Origin: Squalus acanthias
Lineage: Eukaryota
Assembly: GCA_030390025.1 (NCBI GenBank)
Contig: CM059427.1
Location: 132,122,001 to 132,186,000 of the forward strand
Direction of reading: 5' to 3'
Length of the DNA: 64,000 nucleotides
Both the position numbers and the translations under genes were made by a program. Below are positions 35,871 through 49,230 of this stretch, piece by piece (the stretch's first letter is position 1; each line of letters opens with the position of its first letter). The notes below the pieces were generated by a model, which was not told the origin of the DNA, ran no database searches, and saw only the letters and a list, made by a program, of their open reading frames with translations.

Positions 35871-37423
35871 CACACGAGTTTATATGGGGTATTTGGAGGC
35901 TTATGAGTGAATACAGGGTTTATGGAGGATGCATGAGGATATTCAGAGTCTAAGGAGAGTGAAAATTGTTTACAGGGTCTAAGGAAGGTGTATGATGGAG
36001 GGTATATGAGTATATGGATTGGATACGAGGGTATACGGATTGTATGGTGGCTCTATGAGAGAATACTGGGTGTATGAAGGGTGCACAAGGGTATTTGGGG
36101 TCTAAGGTGTATGAAGTGTATGGTTTACTCTGCTTACTGGGTGAGGAAGACCTTCAAGCTTTTGCTCCAATGTAAAGTCAGTGAACAGGATAAAAAGGCT
36201 TGACACCAACACAGGAAGAGATGAAAATAATCCATGCAGATTTTGGGAAGATGGACCTAGAGGGAATGAGCTAGATGGAAGAAATAGATTGTCCTTGGTT
36301 TATTTTACCTTCTTTTATCTTTAAGTGTTGTACAGTTTTATTTCAATTCGATATGGTTAAATATTCTATACTGCAAAAGAAATGATACAAAATCTTGCAC
36401 ATAAAAGGTTTAATCTTCTTAAAGTTATACCAATAAATTAACTTCACAAATAGATTAAAGTAGACAACCTATTCAAAGACGGACCAACAGGTAACTTCTG
36501 TCCATCACAGGTAACCTGGGTACAGATCATAATCAAATATTTATATTCTTATAGAAATGAGCATTTATTAAAAATCTCTACTCTACAGTGCAAAATCAAA
36601 TATCTGACATTCACATGTGCATTCAAAGGAGATAGACACAACTACCACAGTGCGATGTTCAATCTTGGGATGTGGAGTTGAAGTAAGGTCTCAATAACTT
36701 CTAATACTTCTGATTCACTCCACTGACCAAGAGATAGGCTACAGTGCTGTTAGTGAGGGCATTAAACAGCTCTTAGAAAAGGGTGAAAGGATCAGATTAG
36801 GTAGCATGGTGGGTCCAACCCAGGCTAATGAGAGAAATATTGTTTGTCTCTATTGGCTGCCAAACTCTGACCTGGAATCAATTTGGAATGTCTCAACCCA
36901 GTTCCTCGTGTGGGGCTCAGGGTCTACAGCGCAAAACTGTTCATAACTTGACACTAAATTAGCATTTTCAATTCATGAGACTGACTGATGTGTAAAAACC
37001 AAAACTCACACTGTACAGTGGGGGTACTCTTAGGAATGTGTTAATGCAGAGGCTTGGGAAAGTGTAGTGGGAGCTCTACTCTGCATCTAACTTCGGCTAC
37101 TTTTGACCTGGGAGTGATCAATGTTGACACTGGGTCTAAACAAAAAATTACCTTTCTCCCCAGAAAAAAAGAGTTTAATGCCTTTATCATATGAATTCCA
37201 CGGCAATGAGTGTGATTCATGAGAGTCATTTTGCATGAACAGCCCACCATCAAAATGTGTTCTCAATACCACAATACTACATCAGTGAATCCGACTGGAA
37301 TTGAAAAATGTTGCTAGCAAATTGAACCATTATCATGACGGTGTATTATTTATCACATGATTGGATATAAACAATCAAGCACACCATAAGATAAATGTTT
37401 CTCCGCTTTGATTGTGAGTTTAT

Positions 37424-37789
37424 CTAACTATCACAAACTAAACTCTTGTTGCAAAGCTGAGCTGAAAATCGCACTTTTAGTCCATCAGCCGGGTGAACGA
37501 TTGGCACCATCAGCATCTTAGGGAATGTTTTGGTGGCTAGTTCCCAATGACTGACGCTGGCCAACTCAATAGCAAGGACTTTGAGGATGAGTTTGGCAAG
37601 CTCTTTGCCAAGGCAACGTCTAACACCTCCACCAAATGGCAGGTACTGAAAGCGTACATTCTTGCCCTTCATTTGATCGTTGGCAAATCTATCTGGATTG
37701 AATATTCCGGGATCCTGGAATATAGGAGCAGTGTCATGTGTGTCTCGGATGCTGTACATCACACTCCATCCTTTGGGGATCTGAAAACC
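37424..37789 (-). CDS. CYP26B1-like: Cytochrome P450 family 26 (CYP26B/C-like), last coding exon with heme-binding motif
   Basis: ag|GGT acceptor; [22 protein letters not shown]...NPDRF...[18 protein letters not shown]...[10 protein letters not shown]...stop. FxxGxRxCxG is intact. Confidence 0.95.
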   Translation of the reverse strand, partial: GFQIPKGWSVMYSIRDTHDTAPIFQDPGIFNPDRFANDQMKGKNVRFQYLPFGGGVRRCLGKELAKLILKVLAIELASVSHWELATKTFPKMLMVPIVHPADGLKVRFSAQLCNKSLVCDS

Positions 37790-38289
37790 CTGTCATAGAA
37801 ACAGAAGCATAGTATTGAATGATTGTATATTTATCCATTTCTCTCTCTCTCTTTCACAAACACTTCATCAATGTCTACTTTGTTCATGACATCACTTTAG
37901 CAAGAGAACCATCAATGTATTTTAAAATTGATAGTGCTCAATTCCAATTCTGAAACTAGAGTTGGCTGGAACCACTAAGCCCTACTGGTGAGACTGGGGC
38001 TGACTGTTGAATAAAAAGGTCCAATCTCTCTAGGTGCCATGTGGTGGTATAGCAGAGGTAAACTGGGGCCTTTTGTACATTTATAAATAAATAGGGCAAT
38101 ACTGTGGTGTAGCTTAGTGAAGCAGAACATTAGTTCTCTGTAAGAAACAGCTTCAACGCTGCAGGCTGACTACAAGGTCCTGTTCCCTGCTGATTATGCA
38201 AATTAACAATCTTTTTGCGCATTGACACACACACACATCAAATCCAGACTAGATGGAAACACACTGCGCAAAAACAAGTCTTCCTTCTA

Positions 38290-38725
38290 GAAACATAGAA
38301 ACATAGGAACAGGAGTAGCCTATTCAACCCCTCGAGCAAGCTCCGCCATTTACTTAGATCATGGCTGGTACCTCAACTCCATTTACCCACCTTGGCTCCA
38401 AATCCCTTAATTCCCTTTTCTAACACCAATCTATCTCAGTCTTGAAAGCACCAATTGACCCAGCATCCACAGCCTTTTGGGGGAGAAACTTCCAGCTTTT
38501 TATTAGGCTTTCTGTGAAAAAAAAATTCCTGATTTCCCTCCTAAATGGCCGAGCTCTAATTTTAAGATAATGCCCCCTCGTTTTTGATTCCCCATCAGAG
38601 GAAATAGTTTCTCTGTATCTACCTTGACCGGATCACCACTCAATCTTTTATACTCAAAGGAAAACAAGCTACGTTTATGCAATCTGTCCTCATAAATTAA
38701 CCCTCTAAGCCCCGGTATCATTCTG
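38290..38725 (-). mobile_element. CR1 3' fragment in CYP26 intron
   Basis: MIPGLRGL.YEDRL motif and CR1 tail on the minus strand. Confidence 0.8.
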
Positions 38726-39320
38726 TATCAAATTCTCTTCCTGTTCACCAGCAAATTAAGAACTTGGATCAGCTACAACTCCCAGTTAACAATGGGAAAT
38801 GGGAGCTAAACGCAGGGATGGTGAATTGTGATAAATGCATTCAACCTATTTTAGTGAACACAGTCAGACTCTCCGTGCGAACTGGACATACTTTAAGAGA
38901 TTGTGACACCTTCATGAAAAAGTGTAGTTAATAGGATGATAGCACTTTGGTTCACTGGCACAACTCCCCACACAGAATTATTGACTTTGGTCAGGCAATG
39001 GGAGGAAGGTGGTGAGTGAAGGAAAAGCAAGAAGCTCAAAGGATGAGTCAACATTGCCATGCTCTCTCGTACTAGCTAGAAAGTGGGTAGAGAGTGACAA
39101 TGTCACTTTCATCCCCTCTCTCCCAAGGAATGACGTAGCTGGCACAGAATCAACATTCCACATTTTCTAAATCCTCTCTAAACCAAGTTATACTTGAATT
39201 AAAACGCAAACCATCTGTGAAGATCAATAACAACAACTTGCATTTATATAGCACCTTTAATGTTAAACATCCCTCGGCACTTCACAGGAGAGCAGTTAAC
39301 TTTAAAATAAACCAACTTAC

Positions 39321-39602
39321 GCCCAGCTCGAAGGTCTGGAGTGCCACCCGATATCCTCCAGACACAGGGGGTAGCAGCCTCAGCACCTCCTTTACTACAC
39401 CATCCAGGTACTGCAGATGGGTGACGTCACTGAGATGCAGCAAGTCCTCCCTTGTGGCACTTTCAGGCCAGAATCCATTGGTCTGGAGATCCATCCTCAG
39501 CTTGGCAAGGACAGCTGGATTCTTCATCAGCTGCAGGATGAGAGAAGTGGCGGCGCTGGCCGTGGTGGCATAGGCAGCGAACATCAACTCCACCATGGCC
39601 TC
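39321..39602 (-). CDS. CYP26B1-like: CYP26B/C-like penultimate exon (I-helix, K-helix ExxR)
   Basis: cag|GAG...GGC|gtaag, 282 nt, phase 0-0; EAMVELMFAAYATTASAATSLILQL...VVKEVLRLLPPVSGGYRVALQTFELG. Confidence 0.95.
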
Positions 39603-40221
39603 CTGCAATGACATGATCAGACTTTTCAGCACTAAGAGGGCAGCTAACCTCTTTGAAAGTGTAACACATCTATCGGCACACTTTTGTTCTTAGTGACTTG
39701 AACCTGCCATGTATTTTAGTAGGAATGCGTCAGAAGTTTCCGTTTTCCAATGTTCACATGATCTAATGATTTTATGCCAGTAGATGTCACTAGACTGCTG
39801 CAGTTATGGCAGTTGTTTCAGTGAGACCTGCATCAATCCCACTCACTTTATTGGAAACAAACCAGGGAGGAGGACCAGATTGAGCACACCATTGAAGTAC
39901 GTGTTCATTTTCACAGATAATTTCAACTGAGTCAAATCTGAACTGTTGTTGGTATAAATTCCACTTATTATTTTTTTAAATTGCACAAAACTGAAAGAGG
40001 GTTGGGGGAATTCTTTTGAGGTTAGGCGTGAAGATACAGCTTTACCCTTTGTGTAACCCCTGTGCCAGACCTGATCTGGAAGTTCTTGGCTCTGACACTG
40101 GGTGCAAAAGGTTCATTTCCTAGCCCTGAAAAGCTGACCTTGATGAGATCAAAATCTCCCCCACTTCCCCTTAAAGAAAACTTGATTGTGAACTCTGGCT
40201 TGCAAGTTCAGTAATTCTTAC

Positions 40222-40377
40222 CTTCAGTTCCTGCATGCTCATCTCCATCCTGTGCTCTTTGCTGCTCTTTATCAGGATGCCAAGGGCATTTGAGTACTCT
40301 TTGTAGGGACTGGACTGAAGCACATCCCCTATAGTCTTTTCAAAGTATTGATGCAGCCTGTCCCGAGCTCGTACACC
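40222..40377 (-). CDS. CYP26B1-like: CYP26B/C-like internal exon (G/H helices)
   Basis: ccag|GGT...AAG|gtaag, 156 nt, phase 0-0; GVRARDRLHQYFEKTIGDVLQSSPYKEYSNALGILIKSSKEHRMEMSMQELK, matching the CYP26B exon that ends in MQELK. Not in the ORF track. Confidence 0.92.
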
Positions 40378-40527
40378 CTGGAGTAAGAGAGTGATTCATG
40401 AATTTCACATTTCACTGCCTATTTTTTCTGCTTCCTGCATTCTCTAGCTGGGTAACCTGGCATGGTCTTGGTCATAGACTGCCACGGCCAACACTGAAGG
40501 TGCCTGGTATCGGCCAACAGAGACCTT

Positions 40528-42823
40528 GGGCTGGATTTTCTGAATGGGAAGCTTTTGGAGGCGGGACTGCTGCTTGCCAGGTCTCAGTCCCGCCTCCATC
40601 AGTTTCTGGCCAACCAGCGGGAATTTCTCTTGATTGACCTTGTTAAGCCCGCCCGGCGGGCTCAGCAGGCCAATTAGGTGGAAGTCAGTGACAGAGCACG
40701 TCAACGTATGGCGTGTCATCTGTCAAGAACTTTTGAAAGAAGAAATGTCATTGTTTGACAGCTCTGTGAAGCTGTCAAACACTGGCATTCTGTGTAGTTT
40801 GATGAGACCTTGTGTTCAGGACTCAGCAAACCTTTCTACTTTGCAGAAATCAGCTGGCTGTTGGATCAGAGGATGTAACAGCCAGTCTGTGGTCTCTACA
40901 ATGGAGATTTCGGGGACTCCGGCTCCACACCGGCTGAAGGCTGCAGGTAGAAACAAAGGTAAGTTAACATTTTCTCACACTTTACACTCACCTCACATAC
41001 TTACCACTCCACACTTGCACCCATCACTCACCTCTACATCGCACTTTCAGACCCCTGCGACCCCTGCAGACCTCCTCCACCCCGGCGGGGTTCCCCGAGG
41101 TCAGGAAGCCCGCACTTCAGCACGAAAAATGGGGATAATCCTATTTTCTGCCTGTTAGCTGTAAGATTCTCAAAATTTACAGATCCCCCAAAACTCGGAG
41201 AAAACCCCTAAAGAAAAGGACTTTGGACTCTTTTCTCACCACTTCAGGGTGATAAAATATATTGGGCCGAACAGAGGGAGATTCAAGGTCAAAAACCAAG
41301 ACTTGGTATTTTAAAAAGGCATGTTTGGGCTTGTAAAGCAAAAGGCTGCAACAGGAGTTGGGCTCAACATCTGTACTAGACGGTTTGAGTATTGGAGTTA
41401 ATCAAACTGTCTGGGGAACTGTTTAACGTCACTCAGCCCCTATCAGACAATTTACATTCTAACAATAGACCCACGGAAGAGCAGTCCCCACCCAAATTAC
41501 AAGACCCATCCAAAATATGCATAAAACAAATCACCTCGCCCCACTCCATAGAAATCTCAGGCCCTGTCAGGAAACTCGAAACCTGAGCACAATGACTACA
41601 ATCAAGAAAGAGCTCAACAGCTCAGGGAACCATCCCGAAACCACTTCACACATTCATAAACAAGTTACTATTAACGAGCCCGCCAAAATCTTACAATATA
41701 CCGGGACTGATTTGGCGCGCAGATTAAGAGGTCCCAATTAGTATAATTGAGGGCCTGTTTTCTCAAGAAGGGAGTTCAAACAGTTCAGCAGTTACACAGA
41801 AGTTCACCAAGTTCAACAGCTCTGCAGTTCTCAGGAGTTCATCGAGTTCGAAGAAGTTCACCATTCTAGAAGCGGATCAACACCAAGAAGAGACCAGAGC
41901 AACAGTTCCAGTGACCATCAGACACCTCGCGGCAACAAGGGCCTTACGAAACAACCAACCGAATATTACCACCAACCAACCGGGTAATATTGGGCCACCG
42001 CGACCAAAGAAAATCAACTTGGGAGAAAACCGAAGACTCGCAAGTTTTCCACTCTGCAATCTATTCCTGACTTACCCCTGGGTAAGATTTTTACTCAAAA
42101 GACTCTAAACCCTATCTCTAACAGAAGAAAAGTGGGTACTCACCCGATAAATCCAATACGCACCCTACCGCATCAGCGGACTCGCGAAGACTGACCAGAC
42201 ACGCAGTCGAAGTCCTCTACCGCGTCTGGGGTATGGCAGGCACCAACCAACACACCCAGCGAACCCTGAAACCACAAACCAGCTCAACTGTCAAGGATTC
42301 GTTTGGTGAGCATTATCCCTGGTCCTCTAGAGCCCAACTTAGCTAGTAAAGTGGGATTGGGAGGGGTGAGGTATTTTTCTACTGTAATTTCCCTCGTGTG
42401 TATCGAAGTGTTCCCCATTTTATTAGAGTGTTAAGATTGTTGTGTTATATTTTCTCTCTTGAATAAAGATCAAAGTTTCTTGCACCAAAACCAGTTGTCT
42501 GCTGCACTTTTTGTCACAACCCCCAAATAAGTCCACGGTCTAGAACCAAGGAAGTGGGAGTGATTCAAACCGCTCATAAGTCAGAGGTGAAGCTGACACA
42601 CACACCCACCCCCTACAAACTACCTGTTAACAGGCAGTTAATAGGCTTTAATCCCTTCCCGCCTCCAAGGAGACAGGACCCGGGGCAGGACGGCTTCCCA
42701 CCTCCTGGCAAGAGGGCTTGGAGGCGTGTTGGGGGCGGGTTTGCCACCCGCCCCCAAATTCTGCAACTTTCCCGGCAGTCCAGCCTCCATATCCGCCTCC
42801 TCAGGGCTGAGAAAATCCGGCCC
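40528..42823. mobile_element. Non-autonomous Harbinger element carrying a nested solo LTR
   Basis: TIRs GGGCTGGATTTTCT / AGAAAATCCGGCCC; TSD CTT. Confidence 0.85.
41160..42617 (+). mobile_element. Solo LTR (~1.46 kb)
   Basis: TGTA...TACA ends, TATA-like AGTATAATT near 41741, AATAAA near 42462; homologous to 33220-34797; interrupts a Harbinger whose sequence resumes after it. Confidence 0.75.
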
Positions 42824-44289
42824 CTTGCTTTCCAGAATAAGAAGGCCTTTCTAATTTTCTTCTTCCTGTCAATAAAGGTGATGCTGCTCAATGTTGAAGT
42901 TTGCGCCTAAGATTCATTGTCTGGGAGTTCATTGCTCGACCATTAGAGATAGAGGGGACTTTGATTAAAGGGTATAACTTTACAGCAGCATTCGAAAGAA
43001 AGAAAAGAAAGACTTGCATTTATCTAGCACCTTTCACAATCTCAGGAGGTCCCAATTCGCTTGACAGCCAATGAAGTACTTTTGAGCTGTAGTCATTGTT
43101 GTAATATAGGAAATGCAGCAGCCAATTTGCGCACAGCAAGGTTCCACAAACAACAATGTGATCTGTTTTAGTGATGTTGGATGAGGGATAAACATTGGCC
43201 AGGACAGCGGGGAGAACCCCCCAGCTCTTTTTCGAAATAGCACCATAGGTTCTTTTGCGTCTACCTGAGAGGCCAGACAGGGTCTCAGTTTAACAAAAGA
43301 CAGCACCTCCAACAGTGCAACACTCCCTCAGTACTGCACTGAGTGTCAGCCTAGATTTTGTGCTCAAGTCCCTGGAGTGGGACTTGAAACCACAACTTTC
43401 GGACCACCAAAGTGAGAGTGCTACCACTGAGCAATGGCTGACACATAATTACTCCTATTATTAGGCTCACCAGCAATGCAAACCCATTCTGCACCAGTGT
43501 AAAAATAATGGGATTTACATAATTGTTTTCAATTCTGTGTGGCACCAGAGAATTCTACCTGACACAATGGAGATGTGTCAGACATACCTTGAGGTGCACC
43601 AGCACTGCTGTGTTGGCAGAATATGTTTTTGGTGGTTGAGAGATAAATATTGGCCAGAACACTGGGCAAACACCCCTGCTCTTCATCAAATGGTGTCATG
43701 GGATCTTTTACATCCACCCTGGCAGGGCAGACAGGTCCTCAGTTTAATGTCTCAAATGAAAGCGTGCAGCACTCCCTCACTTACTGCACTGTCGCGTCAG
43801 CCTCGATTAGAAAGTAGATTAGGCCAGTTCTGAAGTGCTAACTGAACGCAGGGATTGTTCCTGCAAAGACGGAGGTCCACGGATCGCTGCAAATCGGTCC
43901 TCGGGCCTCATCAACATATTCGTGGAAAGCTGCCGGCGCCTGTCGCTCCTCGACAGCTCGCCTGACTGAAGAATCCAATTTTAGGCCAGTTGCCTCACCG
44001 GCAACATGCTTCAGGTCAGTCCCGGGGATGGGGAGGACAGGGGGAGAGTGGGGTTGGGGCTGAGAGGATTACGCTTACCTTTTCGGTGGCAGTCACTCAC
44101 TAGGCCACATCCACACCTTGTGCCTGCTCCGCTCAGGGCAGCCTAATTTGGCAGATTAGGCCCCTCATTAGCATATTCAAGATCAGGTCAGGCGTTCTTG
44201 GGACGCAGGACCCGAAAATTCAACCTTCTGCCCATTTTATGCCTGTAAAACAGGTGCAACAAGGTCCAATTTCTACCCCTATATGATGA

Positions 44290-45067
44290 AGTGTTAGTTA
44301 ATGCATTTGGGGAGGGCTAACAAGGCAAGGGAATATACACTAAATGGTAGGATACTGAGAAGTGTAGAGGAACAAAGAGACCTTGGAGTGCATGACCACA
44401 GATCCGTGAAGGTAGCAGGACAGGTAGATAAGGTGGTTAAGAAGGCATACGGAATATTTTCCTTTATTAGTCGAGGCATAGAATACAAGAGCAGGGTGGT
44501 TATGCTAGAACTGTATAAAACACTAGTTAGGCCACAGCTAGAGTACTGCGTACAGTTCTGGCCACCACATCACAGGAAAGATGTGATTGCACTAGTGAGG
44601 GTACAGAGGAGATTTACAAGTATGTTGCCAGGACTGGAGAACTTTAGCTTTGAGGAAAGATTGGATAGGCTGGGGTTGTTTTCTTTGGAACAGAGAAGCC
44701 TGAGGGGAGATTTAATTGAGGTGTTTAAAATTATGAGGGGTCTCGATAGAGTGGATCGGAAGGGCCTATTTTCCTTAGCAGAGAGATCAATAGCCAGGAG
44801 GCATAAATTTAAAGTAATTGGTTGAAGGATTAGAGGGGAGTTGAAGGTGGTGGGGGTCCGGAACGCACTGCCTGAAAGGGTGGTAGAGCCAGAAACCCTC
44901 ATCGTATTTAAGAAGTACTTGGATAGGTACTTGAAGTGCCGTAACCTGCAAGGCTACGGACCAAGAGCTGGAAAGTGGGATTAGGCTGGATAGCTCTTTT
45001 TCGGTTGGCACGGACAAGATGGGCTGAATGGCCTCCTTCTGTGCCGTAAATTTCTATGATTCTATGA
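44290..45067 (+). mobile_element. CR1 3' fragment
   Basis: MHLGRANK...LVRPQLEYC; TTCTATGA tail. Confidence 0.88.
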
Positions 45068-45789
45068 AGTCATTGGTGTGGGGATTAAACCCACCATCTT
45101 TTGACTTTGAGGCAAAAGTGTTACAGTTTGCTACTGATAATACTTTTTGGAATTTGCTATTCATCTGTTTGCATTATCTGTCTGTATAAAGTTACAAAAT
45201 GATGAAGTTGGTCAAGTGCAGTGTAAGTAGTGGACTGCTGTATGTTGCAGTACTCAGTTTCTGACTGTAGATGGTAGCATACTTATACTACTGTGACCTA
45301 GTGGAAGGAAGCAGTTACTGTAGCAATACGCAGATACTCCAGTACTGGAGGCTCACTTTTCAACGTGCACTTCACGTATGTATGGTTCTACATGGACTGG
45401 CAGCCCTCGAGTAGCTCGCCAACTGGCCCTTTTCCACGTGTGAGCCTGGGTAGTGGGTACTGGCAGGCCATTGACAGGGAGGGGTATTCATAACCATGTC
45501 CAATTCTGTCAACACACATACGCTTTCACAGGGATAACTGAGCAGCAGTTGGAATGGGAATCCTGGCTATTGTTTTACTTCTTAGTCTTGTGATGACGAG
45601 TCCCACCTCCAAAATGGACAGTGGGAACGGAAACAGTATAAAACAAGGGAGGAAGTACTTGAAACTTAGATAGAGCAAGGTACATTATGTTAATAATAAG
45701 GCCAAATAAGGCCAAGATTAATTAAAATGACAGAGATTGGGGAAGAGACGGGGAATGTAAAAAAAAGTGAACAGAAGTAAAGTTTTAAT

Positions 45790-46125
45790 TGACAACAACA
45801 ACAATTTGCATTTATATAGCACCTTTAACATAGTAAAACATCCCAAGGCACTTCACAGGAGTATTATAAGACAAAATTTAACACTGAGTCACATAAGCAG
45901 ATATTAGGACAGGTGAGAGGTAGGTTTTAAGGAGCATCTTAAAGGAGGAAAGAGAGGTAGAAAGGCAGAGTGGTTTAGGCAGGGAATTCCAGAGCTTAGG
46001 GCCTCGGCAGCTGAAGGCATGGCCGCCACCGATGGAGCGATGAAAATTGAGGATGCTCAAGAGGCCAGAATTGAAGAAGCGCAGAGATCGTGGAGGGTTG
46101 TAGGGCTGAAGGGGGTTACAGAGAT
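45790..46125 (-). mobile_element. L2 3' end
   Basis: GGHAFSC.GPKLWNSLP...FKMLLKTYL and (TTG)n tail on minus. Confidence 0.8.
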
Positions 46126-47305
46126 GGGTTTTATAAGTTCAATTTTATAATATAGGGCTGATATTGCAGTGATAAAGTAAGCGTCTGCACACTTAAGCAA
46201 TGCATTACTGCCACAACTTAAGGAAACTGGAATTTCCCAGTCAGTCCAGTGAGAGTGACTTTCCCAGGAGAGGAAAGGAAATTCAGGGAGAGAGGCAAGC
46301 TGTGCCTCCTGTTGGCTGGTTCAAGAATGGCATTGGCCTGGGAATAAGTGGATTAATTGCGTCCTCAGTCAAAGAATGCTGAAGAAGAATCTGAAAAAAG
46401 GGAAAAAAACAAATTAGGTGACTGAGAGCTTGAGAGGAAATCCCTGTATAATATATAGCACCTTTCACCTCAGGACGCTCCAAAGCGCCTGAGAGCCAAT
46501 GAAGTACATTTGAAGCGCGGTCACTGTTGTAATGTAGGAACCATGGTAACTAATTTGCACCCAGCAAGGTCCCACAAACAGCATCAAGACAATGATCAGA
46601 CACTAGCCCGGAATTTGCTGTCTGCGGCAAAGCGACGGCGCTTGCCACTGACCTCGAATAAAGCTGCCCACAAAGATCCAGCGATCTCCATGGCATGAAT
46701 TTCAGCTGTCCCAACATTAGTTTGAATCTGGCGCCAAATCAAGTGAATCTCCAGCGTCCAGCAACAGTGATGACAGCAAGCAGGCTAAGCAGCCAATCGC
46801 ATTGAAGAATTCTCACAGACAGCAAACCAGGAAGTAAAATGCACAGATTATAATTTACTTTATATAAATTTTTGCAGGGAGCAAAAAAAAGATTGGGACA
46901 TACACATAAGATTAAGGTAGAAGCTGAAAAATCATAAATTAACTTTTAAAAATATTATTATTTTTAAAATCATGTCATTCTTATCATATTAATGGAAATA
47001 TTTGACATTCCACAAATATAAAATTAGTTTTCCATGGCCAGAACCAAAACATTGGGGAATTTTAAACGTGAGAATGTAGAAGATGCCCATGACCAACCAT
47101 TCCCTTTCTCCTGGTTACTCCTATAAGGTGTCCAATAAGGTAGTGTTAGCACAGCACTCACTCTTATTAGGTGAAGTCCTCAGAGAATTTCCAGAATAAG
47201 TGTTGATACAAGTGTTGGTGATGTCTTGACAAAGTGTCCCAGAAAGTCTCCCAATGTGTTTCAAAAGTCCTCTTCAAACCACCAGCAACAAGTGAACAGT
47301 AAAAG

Positions 47306-49230
47306 ACAGTTTCCAAGACTGTCAATGACCTCATCTCCTCTGGAGATCTTCCTTCCACGGCCGCCAACTCCATAGTCCCCCAATCCTGCACATCCCGCTT
47401 TTACCTCCTTCCCAAGATTCACAAACAGGACTGCCCTGGTAGACCCATCATTTCAGCCTGTTCTTGCCCCATGGAACTGATTTCATCCAATCACGACTCT
47501 ATTTTTTCTCCCCTTGACCAGTCTCTTCCCACCTACATCCAGGACTCTTCCGACACCCTCCAGGACAGCCTGAGGGCGCTCCGTTTCTTCCTTGAACAGA
47601 GGCCCAACCAGTCCCCATCCACCACCACCCTCCTCCGCCTGGCTGAACTTGTTCTCATATTGAACAACTTCTCCTTTGACTCCACTCACTTCCTTCAAAT
47701 TAAAGGTGCTGCTCTGAGAACCCGCATGGGTCCCAGCTATGCCTGCCTTTTCGTGGGATATGTGGAACATTCTTTGTTCCAGTCCTACTCAGGTCCCTTC
47801 CCTCACCTCTTTTTCCGATACATTGATGACTGTTTCCTGCTCTCGCCCTAAACTAGAAAATTTCATTCACTTTGCTTCCAATTTCCACCCTTCCCTCACC
47901 TTCACATGGTCCATCTCTGACTTGTCTCTTCACTTCCTCGACTTCCATGTCACCATTTCTGGGGATAGGCTATCGACAAACATCCACGATAAGCCCACTG
48001 ACTCTCACAGCTACCTGGACTACACACTTCCTCCACCCCACTTCCTGTAAGGACTCTATTCCATTCTCCCAGTTTCTCCGTCTCCGTCGCATCTGTTCCA
48101 ATGATGCCACCTTCCATACTAGTGCTTCCAATGTGTTTTCCTTTTTCCTCAACCAAGGATTCCCCTCTACTGTGGTTGACATGGCCCTCGACCGTGTCTG
48201 TTCCATTTCCCGCACTTCTGCTCTCACCCCTTCCCCTCCCTCCCAAAACCATGATAGGGTTCCCCTTGTCCTTACCTTTCACCCCACCAGCGTCCACTTT
48301 CAACGGATCATTCTCCACCATTTCCAACACCTCTAGGGTAATCCCACCAAGAAACACATTTTCCCCTCTCCTCCCCTTTCAGCATTTTGAAGGGACCGCG
48401 CCCTGCGCAACACCCTGGTCCACTCCTCAATCACCCGCAACACCCCCTCCCTTTCCCACGGCACCTTCCCCTGCAAGCACAGGAGATGTAACACCTGCCC
48501 TTTTACCTCCTCCCTTCCCACTGTCCAGGGCCCCAAACACTCCTTCGAGGTGAAACAGCGATTTACTTGTACTTCTTGCAATTTAGTATACTGTATTCGC
48601 TGCTCACGATGCGGTCTCCTCTACAATGGGGAGAACAAACTTAGATTGGCTGTCCGCTTTGCGGAACACTTCCATTCAGTCCATAAATGTGACCCCGAGC
48701 TTCCGGTCGCCTGTCACCTTAATTCTCCACTCCTCTCCCACTCTGATCTCTCTGTCCTCGGCCTCTTACACTGTTCCAATGAAGCTCAACGTAAACTCGA
48801 GGAAGAGCACCTCATCTTTCGATTAGGCACTTTACAGCCTTCTGGACTCAACATCGAGTTCAACAATTTCAGACCATAACCTCTGCCCCTATTTTTTCAC
48901 ATGGCAGCTGTTGATGATTCTGCCATTCCCATTTACACCTCTTCTAGACTCATCTTTTGTTTCTTTACTTGTCCCATTACCATCTCCTTTTGCTTAGTGC
49001 TATCATCCCTTTTGTCATTTAATCACTCCTGCCTTCCACCCTTTCACAGACCTTTCCTTTTGTTCTTTCCTCCCCTCCCCCGCTTTCCCTGCCTCTGCGC
49101 TTGCTAAAAACCTGTTACATCTCTAACTTTTTCCAGTTCATCCACCTGAAATGTTAACTCTGTTTCTCTCTCCACAGATGCTGCCTGACCTGCTGCGTAT
49201 TTCCAGCATTTTCTGTTTTTATTTCAGATT
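47306..49230 (+). mobile_element. Penelope-like element (RT + GIY-YIG endonuclease + 3' end), decayed
   Basis: NNFSFD...MGPSYACLF...RYIDD; FTCTSCNLVYCIRCSRCGLLY.GE...LGTLQPSGLN. Confidence 0.9.

Noticed and set aside
33220-42617. Single LTR retroelement that captured CYP26 exons
   Set aside because: The two LTRs are too diverged and each has its own independent insertion site.
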